Below, piece by piece: positions 55,201 through 64,000 of a stretch of DNA of 64,000 bases (the stretch's first letter is position 1; the number at the start of each line of letters is the position of its first letter). Both the position numbers and the translations under genes were made by a program. The DNA is from the human T2T-CHM13v2.0 reference genome, Homo sapiens. The notes beneath the pieces were generated by a model. That model saw only the letters and a list, made by a program, of their open reading frames with translations, was not told where the DNA came from and did not search any database. The stretch lies in NCBI RefSeq assembly GCF_009914755.1, contig NC_060939.1. The stretch is one strand, 5' to 3'.

Positions 55201-58200
55201 CACAAAGAAGTTTGTCTGAATGCTTCTGTGTAGAATTGATTTGAAGATAATTCCTTTTCCACCACAGTCCGCAAAGGGCTAAAAATATCCACTTGCCGAT
55301 TCCACAAAAAGAGAGATTCAAAACTGCTCAATCACAAGATAGGTTCAACTTGGTAATTGGAAAGCACACATGACAAACAGTTTCTGAGAATGATTCTGTG
55401 TAGTTTTTAAGGGAAGATATTTGATTTTCAAATGTAGGCCTCAAATCGCTCCAAATATCCACTTGCATATTGTACAAAAAGAGAGATTCAAAACTGGTCA
55501 CTCAAAAGTTAGGTCCAGCTCTGTGAGCTGAATGCACACATCACAAAGATGTTTCTCAGAAGGTTTCTGTATAGTTTCTATATGAAGATATTGGCTTTTC
55601 CACAATATGCCTCAAATCTCCCCAATTATCCACTTGCAGATTCTAGAAAAAGAGTGTTTCAAAACAGCTCAATCAAAATAAACTTTCAACTCTGTGAGAT
55701 CAATGCACACATCACAAAGAAGTTTCTCAGAATGCTTCTGTGTAGTTTTTTTTGTGAAGATATTTGATTTTCCACAGCAGGCTTCCAAGCACTCCAAATA
55801 TCCACTCGCAGATTCTGCAAAAAGAGAGATTCAAATCTGCTGAATCAAAAGATAGGTTTAACTCTGTGACTTCAATGCACACCTCACAAGGGTGTTTCTC
55901 AGAAAGCTTCTGTGTAGTTTTTATATGAAGATATCTCCTTCTCCAAAGCAGGTCTCAAAGCCCTCCAAATATTCACTTCAAGATTCTACGGAAAGATTGT
56001 CTCAACACTGCTAAATCTAAACAAATGTTCAACTCTGTGTGATGAATGCACTCATCACAGAGAAGTTTCTCTGAATGCCTCTGTGTAGTTTTTATTTGAA
56101 GATATTTGCTTTTCCAGTATAGGGCGAAATAGGGCTCCAAATATTCACTTGCAGATTCTACAAAAGGAGAGATTCCAAACTGCTCAATCAAAACATAGGT
56201 TCAACACTGTGAGTTGAATGCACACATCACAAAGAAGTTTCACAGAGTGCTTCTGGGTAGTTTTTATTTGAGGATATTTCCCTTTCCACAATAGGCCTCA
56301 AAGCTTTCCAAATATCCACTTGCAGATTCTGCAAAAAGAGAGATACAAAACTGCTCTATCAAAAGATAGATTCGACTCTGTGAGTTGAATGCCAACATCG
56401 CAAAGAAGTTTCTCAGAATGCTTCTCTGCAGCTTTCTTGTGAGTATGTTTCGTTTTCCACCATAGGGCGAAATGGGGCTCCAAATATCCACTTGCATTTC
56501 CTACAAAAAGAGAGATTCTAAGCTGCTCAATCAAAACATTGTTTCAACACGGTTAGTTGAATGCACACATCCCAAAGATGTTTTTCAGAGTGCTTCTGTG
56601 TGGTTTTTATGTGAAGATACTTCCTTTTCCACAATAGGCCTCAAATCTCTGTAAATATCCACTTGCAGACTCTACAAAGAGTGTTTCCAAACTCCTCAAT
56701 CATAAGATAGGTTCAACTCCGATAGTTGAATGCACACATCACAAAGAAGTTTCTCGGAAAGCTTCTGTGTAGTTTTTGATGAAGATATCTTCTTCTCTAA
56801 AACAGAACTCCAAGCCCTCCAAATATTCACTTCAAGATTCTACGGAAAGATTGTCTCAAACTGCTAAATCAAAACAAAGGTTCAACTCTGTGTGATGAAT
56901 GCATTCATCACAAAGAAGTTTCTCTGAGTGCTTCTGTGCAGTTTTTATTTGAAGATAATTGCTTTTCCAGTATAGGGCGAAATAGGGCTCCAAATATTCA
57001 CTTGCAGATTCTACAGAAAGAGAGATTCCAAACTGCTCAATCAAAACATAGGTTCAACACTGTGAGTTGAATGCATACATCGCAAAGAAGTTTCACAGAG
57101 TACTTCTGGGTGGTTTTTATTTGAAGATATTTCCCTTTCCACAATAGGCCTCAAAGCTTTCCAAATGTCCACTTGCAGATTCCACCAAAAGAGTGTTTCG
57201 AAACTGCTCAATCAAAAGAAAGGTTCTACTCTGTGGGATGAATGCACACATCACAAAGTAGTTTCTCAGAATGCTTCTGTGTAGTTTTTATGTGAAGATA
57301 TTTGTTTTTCCACAGTAGGCCCCAAAGAGCTCCAAATATTCACTTGCAGATTCTACAAAAAGAGTGTTCCAAAACTGCTCAATCATGAAATAGGATCAAC
57401 CCTGTGAGATGAATGTACGTATGACAGAGAAGTTTCTCAGAATGCTTCTGTGTAGTTTTTATGCGAAGATATTCGACTTTCCACAGTACGCCTCAAAGTT
57501 CTCCAATTATCCACTCGTAGATCCTGCAAAAAGAGAGATTCAAAACTGCTCAATCAAAAGATAGTTTCTACTCCATTAGCTGAAAGACCACATCACAAAA
57601 AAAGTTTCTCAGGATGCTTCTGTGTAGTTTTTATGTGAAGATATTTGGTTTTCCACAGTAGGCCTCAAAGCGCTCCAAATATCCACTCACAGATTCTGCA
57701 AAAAGAGAGATTCAAAACTGCTGAATCAAAAGACAGTTTCAACTCTGTGACTTCAGTGCACACCTCACAAGGATGTTTCTCAGAATGCTTCTGTGTAGTT
57801 TTTATATAAAGATATCTCCTTCTCCAAAATGGATCTCAAAGTTCTCCAAATATTCACTTCCAGATTCTATGGAAAGATTGTCTCAAAACTGCTCAATCAA
57901 ACCAAAGGTTCAACTCTGTGAGATGAATGCCCACATCACAAAGAAGTTTCTCAGAGTACTTCTGTGTAGTTTCTATTTGAGGATAGTTCCTTTTCCACCA
58001 CAGACCAGAAAGGGCTCCAAATATCCATTGCAGATGGTACAAAAAGTGAGATTCAAAACTGCTCAATCCAAAGGTAGTTTCAACCATGTGATATGAATGC
58101 ACACAGCACAGAGAATTTTCTCAAAATGCGTCTGTCTAGTTTTTATTTGAAGATATTTCCTTTTCTACCATAGGCCACAAACGTCTCCAAATATCCACAT

Positions 58201-61200
58201 GCAGCTTCTACAAAAAGAGAGATTCAAAACTTCTCAATCAAAAGATAGGTTCAACTCTGTGAGTTGAAAGCACACCTCACAAAGAAGTTTCTCAGAGTGC
58301 TTCTGTGTGTTTTTATGTGAAGATATTTCCTTTTCCACAATAGGCCTCAAAGCTCTCCAAATATCTGCGAGCAGAGTCTACAAAATGAGAGATTCAAAAC
58401 TGCTCAATGAAAAGATAGGTTCAACTCTGTGAGTTGAATGCACACCTCCAAAGAAGTTTCTCAGAATGCTTCCGTGTAGTTTTTATGTGAAGATATTTAC
58501 TTTTCCACAGTTGTCCCAAAGCTCTAAAATGTCCACTTGCAGACCCTCCAAAAGAGTGTTTCAGAATTGCTCAATCAAAGGGAAGGTTCAATTCTGTGTG
58601 ACCAATGCACTCATCACAAAGAAGTTTGTCTGAATGCTTCTGTGTAGAATTGATTTGAAGATAATTCCTTTTCCACCACAGTCCGCAAAGGGCTAAAAAT
58701 ATCCACTTGCCGATTCCACAAAAAGAGAGATTCAAAACTGCTCAATCACAAGATAGGTTCAACTTGGTAATTGGAAAGCACACATGACAAACAATTTCTG
58801 AGAATGTTTCTGTGTAGTTTTTAAGGGAAGATATTTGATTTTCAAATGTAGGCCTCAAATCGCTCCAAATATCCACTTGCATATTGTACAAAAAGAGAGA
58901 TTCAAAACTGGTCACTCAAAAGTTAGGTCCAGCTCTGTGAGCTGAATGCACACATCACAAAGATGTTTCTCAGAAGGTTTCTGTATAGTTTCTATATGAA
59001 GATATTGGCTTTTCCACAATATGCCTCAAATCTCCCCAATTATCCACTTGCAGATTCTAGAAAAAGAGTGTTTCAAAACAGCTCAATCAAAATAAACTTT
59101 CAACTCTGTGAGATCAATGCACACATCACAAAGAAGTTTCTCAGAATGCTTCTGTGTAGTTTTTTTTGTGAAGATATTTGATTTTCCACAGCAGGCTTCC
59201 AAGCACTCCAAATATCCACTCGCAGATTCTGCAAAAAGAGAGATTCAAATCTGCTGAATCAAAAGATAGGTTTAACTCTGTGACTTCAATGCACACCTCA
59301 CAAGGGTGTTTCTCAGAAAGCTTCTGTGTAGTTTTTATATGAAGATATCTCCTTCTCCAAAGCAGGTCTCAAAGCCCTCCAAATATTCACTTCAAGATTC
59401 TACGGAAAGATTGTCTCAACACTGCTAAATCTAAACAAATGTTCAACTCTGTGTGATGAATGCACTCATCACAGAGAAGTTTCTCTGAATGCCTCTGTGT
59501 AGTTTTTATTTGAAGATATTTGCTTTTCCAGTATAGGGCGAAATAGGGCTCCAAATATTCACTTGCAGATTCTACAAAAGGAGAGATTCCAAACTGCTCA
59601 ATCAAAACATAGGTTCAACACTGTGAGTTGAATGCACACATCACAAAGAAGTTTCACAGAGTGCTTCTGGGTAGTTTTTATTTGAGGATATTTCCCTTTC
59701 CACAATAGGCCTCAAAGCTTTCCAAATATCCACTTGCAGATTCTGCAAAAAGAGAGATACAAAACTGCTCTATCAAAAGATAGATTCGACTCTGTGAGTT
59801 GAATGCCAACATCGCAAAGAAGTTTCTCAGAATGCTTCTCTGCAGCTTTTTTGTGAGTATGTTTCGTTTTCCACCATAGGGCGAAATGGGGCTCCAAATA
59901 TCCACTTGCATTTCCTACAAAAAGAGAGATTCTAAGCTGCTCAATCAAAACATTGTTTCAACACGGTTAGTTGAATGCACACATCCCAAAGATGTTTTTC
60001 AGAGTGCTTCTGTGTGGTTTTTATGTGAAGATACTTCCTTTTCCACAATAGGCCTCAAATCTCTGTAAATATCCACTTGCAGACTCTACAAAGAGTGTTT
60101 CCAAACTCCTCAATCATAAGATAGGTTCAACTCCGATAGTTGAATGCACACATCACAAAGAAGTTTCTCGGAAAGCTTCTGTGTAGTTTTTGATGAAGAT
60201 ATCTTCTTCTCTAAAACAGAACTCCAAGCCCTCCAAATATTCACTTCAAGATTCTACGGAAAGATTGTCTCAAACTGCTAAATCAAAACAAAGGTTCAAC
60301 TCTGTGTGATGAATGCATTCATCACAAAGAAGTTTCTCTGAGTGCTTCTGTGCAGTTTTTATTTGAAGATAATTGCTTTTCCAGTATAGGGCGAAATAGG
60401 GCTCCAAATATTCACTTGCAGATTCTACAGAAAGAGAGATTCCAAACTGCTCAATCAAAACATAGGTTCAACACTGTGAGTTGAATGCATACATCGCAAA
60501 GAAGTTTCACAGAGTACTTCTGGGTGGTTTTTATTTGAAGATATTTCCCTTTCCACAATAGGCCTCAAAGCTTTCCAAATGTCCACTTGCAGATTCCACC
60601 AAAAGAGTGTTTCGAAACTGCTCAATCAAAAGAAAGGTTCTACTCTGTGGGATGAATGCACACATCACAAAGTAGTTTCTCAGAATGCTTCTGTGTAGTT
60701 TTTATGTGAAGATATTTGTTTTTCCACAGTAGGCCCCAAAGAGCTCCAAATATTCACTTGCAGATTCTACAAAAAGAGTGTTCCAAAACTGCTCAATCAT
60801 GAAATAGGATCAACCCTGTGAGATGAATGTACGTATGACAGAGAAGTTTCTCAGAATGCTTCTGTGTAGTTTTTATGCGAAGATATTCGACTTTCCACAG
60901 TACGCCTCAAAGTTCTCCAATTATCCACTCGTAGATCCTGCAAAAAGAGAGATTCAAAACTGCTCAATCAAAAGATAGTTTCTACTCCATTAGCTGAAAG
61001 ACCACATCACAAAAAAAGTTTCTCAGGATGCTTCTGTGTAGTTTTTATGTGAAGATATTTGGTTTTCCACAGTAGGCCTCAAAGCGCTCCAAATATCCAC
61101 TCACAGATTCTGCAAAAAGAGAGATTCAAAACTGCTGAATCAAAAGACAGTTTCAACTCTGTGACTTCAGTGCACACCTCACAAGGATGTTTCTCAGAAT

Positions 61201-61432
61201 GCTTCTGTGTAGTTTTTATATAAAGATATCTCCTTCTCCAAAATGGATCTCAAAGTTCTCCAAATATTCACTTCCAGATTCTATGGAAAGATTGTCTCAA
61301 AACTGCTCAATCAAACCAAAGGTTCAACTCTGTGAGATGAATGCCCACATCACAAAGAAGTTTCTCAGAGTACTTCTGTGTAGTTTCTATTTGAGGATAG
61401 TTCCTTTTCCACCACAGACCAGAAAGGGCTCC
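10223..61432 (-). repeat. HOR copies 4-18, fifteen full-length 3,414 bp units
   Basis: Unit starts are 10223, 13637, 17051, 20465, 23879, 27293, 30707, 34121, 37535, 40949, 44363, 47777, 51191, 54605 and 58019. The ORF track keeps an exact 3414 spacing, so there is no net indel. Confidence 0.97.
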
Positions 61433-64000
61433 AAATATCCATTGCAGATGGTACAAAAAGTGAGATTCAAAACTGCTCAATCCAAAGGTAGTTTCAACCA
61501 TGTGATATGAATGCACACAGCACAGAGAATTTTCTCAAAATGCGTCTGTCTAGTTTTTATTTGAAGATATTTCCTTTTCTACCATAGGCCACAAACCTCT
61601 CCAAATATCCACATGCAGCTTCTACAAAAAGAGAGATTCAAAACTTCTCAATCAAAAGATAGGTTCAACTCTGTGAGTTGAAAGCACACCTCACAGAGAA
61701 GTTTCTCAGAGTGCTTCTGTGTGTTTTTATGTGAAGATATTTCCTTTTCCACAATAGGCCTCAAAGCTCTCCAAATATCTGCGAGCAGAGTCTACAAAAT
61801 GAGAGATTCAAAACTGCTCAATGAAAAGATAGGTTCAACTCTGTGAGTTGAATGCACACCTCCAAAGAAGTTTCTCAGAATGCTTCCGTGTAGTTTTTAT
61901 GTGAAGATATTTACTTTTCCACAGTTGTCCCAAAGCTCTAAAATGTCCACTTGCAGACCCTCCAAAAGAGTGTTTCAGAATTGCTCAATCAAAGGGAAGG
62001 TTCAATTCTGTGTGACCAATGCACTCATCACAAAGAAGTTTGTCTGAATGCTTCTGTGTAGAATTGATTTGAAGATAATTCCTTTTCCACCACAGTCCGC
62101 AAAGGGCTAAAAATATCCACTTGCCGATTCCACAAAAAGAGAGATTCAAAACTGCTCAATCACAAGATAGGTTCAACTTGGTAATTGGAAAGCACACATG
62201 ACAAACAATTTCTGAGAATGTTTCTGTGTAGTTTTTAAGGGAAGATATTTGATTTTCAAATGTAGGCCTCAAATCGCTCCAAATATCCACTTGCATATTG
62301 TACAAAAAGAGAGATTCAAAACTGGTCACTCAAAAGTTAGGTCCAGCTCTGTGAGCTGAATGCACACATCACAAAGATGTTTCTCAGAAGGTTTCTGTAT
62401 AGTTTCTATATGAAGATATTGGCTTTTCCACAATATGCCTCAAATCTCCCCAATTATCCACTTGCAGATTCTAGAAAAAGAGTGTTTCAAAACAGCTCAA
62501 TCAAAATAAACTTTCAACTCTGTGAGATCAATGCACACATCACAAAGAAGTTTCTCAGAATGCTTCTGTGTAGTTTTTTTTGTGAAGATATTTGATTTTC
62601 CACAGCAGGCTTCCAAGCACTCCAAATATCCACTCGCAGATTCTGCAAAAAGAGAGATTCAAATCTGCTGAATCAAAAGATAGGTTTAACTCTGTGACTT
62701 CAATGCACACCTCACAAGGGTGTTTCTCAGAAAGCTTCTGTGTAGTTTTTATATGAAGATATCTCCTTCTCCAAAGCAGGTCTCAAAGCCCTCCAAATAT
62801 TCACTTCAAGATTCTACGGAAAGATTGTCTCAACACTGCTAAATCTAAACAAATGTTCAACTCTGTGTGATGAATGCACTCATCACAGAGAAGTTTCTCT
62901 GAATGCCTCTGTGTAGTTTTTATTTGAAGATATTTGCTTTTCCAGTATAGGGCGAAATAGGGCTCCAAATATTCACTTGCAGATTCTACAAAAGGAGAGA
63001 TTCCAAACTGCTCAATCAAAACATAGGTTCAACACTGTGAGTTGAATGCACACATCACAAAGAAGTTTCACAGAGTGCTTCTGGGTAGTTTTTATTTGAG
63101 GATATTTCCCTTTCCACAATAGGCCTCAAAGCTTTCCAAATATCCACTTGCAGATTCTGCAAAAAGAGAGATACAAAACTGCTCTATCAAAAGATAGATT
63201 CGACTCTGTGAGTTGAATGCCAACATCGCAAAGAAGTTTCTCAGAATGCTTCTCTGCAGCTTTTTTGTGAGTATGTTTCGTTTTCCACCATAGGGCGAAA
63301 TGGGGCTCCAAATATCCACTTGCATTTCCTACAAAAAGAGAGATTCTAAGCTGCTCAATCAAAACATTGTTTCAACACGGTTAGTTGAATGCACACATCC
63401 CAAAGATGTTTTTCAGAGTGCTTCTGTGTGGTTTTTATGTGAAGATACTTCCTTTTCCACAATAGGCCTCAAATCTCTGTAAATATCCACTTGCAGACTC
63501 TACAAAGAGTGTTTCCAAACTCCTCAATCATAAGATAGGTTCAACTCCGATAGTTGAATGCACACATCACAAAGAAGTTTCTCGGAAAGCTTCTGTGTAG
63601 TTTTTGATGAAGATATCTTCTTCTCTAAAACAGAACTCCAAGCCCTCCAAATATTCACTTCAAGATTCTACGGAAAGATTGTCTCAAACTGCTAAATCAA
63701 AACAAAGGTTCAACTCTGTGTGATGAATGCATTCATCACAAAGAAGTTTCTCTGAGTGCTTCTGTGCAGTTTTTATTTGAAGATAATTGCTTTTCCAGTA
63801 TAGGGCGAAATAGGGCTCCAAATATTCACTTGCAGATTCTACAGAAAGAGAGATTCCAAACTGCTCAATCAAAACATAGGTTCAACACTGTGAGTTGAAT
63901 GCATACATCGCAAAGAAGTTTCACAGAGTACTTCTGGGTGGTTTTTATTTGAAGATATTTCCCTTTCCACAATAGGCCTCAAAGCTTTCCAAATGTCCAC
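61433..64000 (-). repeat. HOR copy 19, truncated by the window end (M1-M15 plus the first 10 bp of M16)
   Basis: Starts with AAATATCCATTGCAGATGG at 61433 and ends in AAATGTCCAC, matching unit position 2559-2568. Confidence 0.95.

Larger units (their letters stand above)
1..64000 (-). repeat. Alpha-satellite (alphoid) higher-order repeat array, 20-mer HOR of 3,414 bp, about 18.75 copies
   Basis: Alphoid consensus motifs recur every ~171 bp (CCAAATATCCACTTGCAGATTCTACAAAAAGAG, GGTTCAACTCTGTGAGTTGAATGCACACATCACAAAGAAGTTTCTCAGAATGCTTCTG). The ORF track repeats with period 3,414 bp (3,404 twice). Strand is given as '-' relative to the usual CATTCT(C/G)AGAAACTTCTTTGTG orientation. The array runs off both window ends. 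Confidence 0.99.

Noticed and set aside
945-63872. About 150 short ORFs (60-107 aa) on both strands
   Set aside because: The same eight ORFs recur in each HOR copy, overlap on opposite strands and resemble each other only because 171 bp is a multiple of 3. They show no recognisable domain or gene structure. One is lost to a point change in copy 8 (25327) with no other consequence. They are translations of satellite DNA.
1-64000. CRISPR-like or other prokaryotic repeat-spacer system
   Set aside because: There are no unique spacers: the entire 171 bp unit is homologous between monomers and matches alpha satellite. No cas-like or other long ORFs are present.
1-64000. Embedded Alu, L1 or other insertion, or a strand switch
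   Set aside because: The period is exactly 3414 or 3404 bp throughout, leaving no room for an insert, and the orientation of marker motifs never changes.

Overview
The whole 64 kb window is one uninterrupted array of primate alpha-satellite DNA. Head-to-tail ~171 bp monomers (168-172 bp) are organised into a 20-monomer, 3,414 bp higher-order repeat (HOR), present as 18 complete copies plus a partial 19th, all in one orientation. Copies differ by only a handful of substitutions each (roughly 0-10 per 3.4 kb by eye), while monomers within a copy are clearly divergent. No canonical CENP-B box was found: every monomer has the A-type (pJalpha-like) sequence at that position. This fits a homogeneous CENP-B-box-free HOR of the older SF4/SF6-type families, probably a pericentromeric 'inactive' array (inference). 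I found no genes, RNA genes, transposons or inversions, and all listed ORFs are by-products of the repeat. What is of interest is evolutionary structure: internal duplications inside the 20-mer, a 10 bp microhomology-flanked deletion in copies 2-3, and overlapping blocks of shared variants in neighbouring copies. I found no support for a new biological system.
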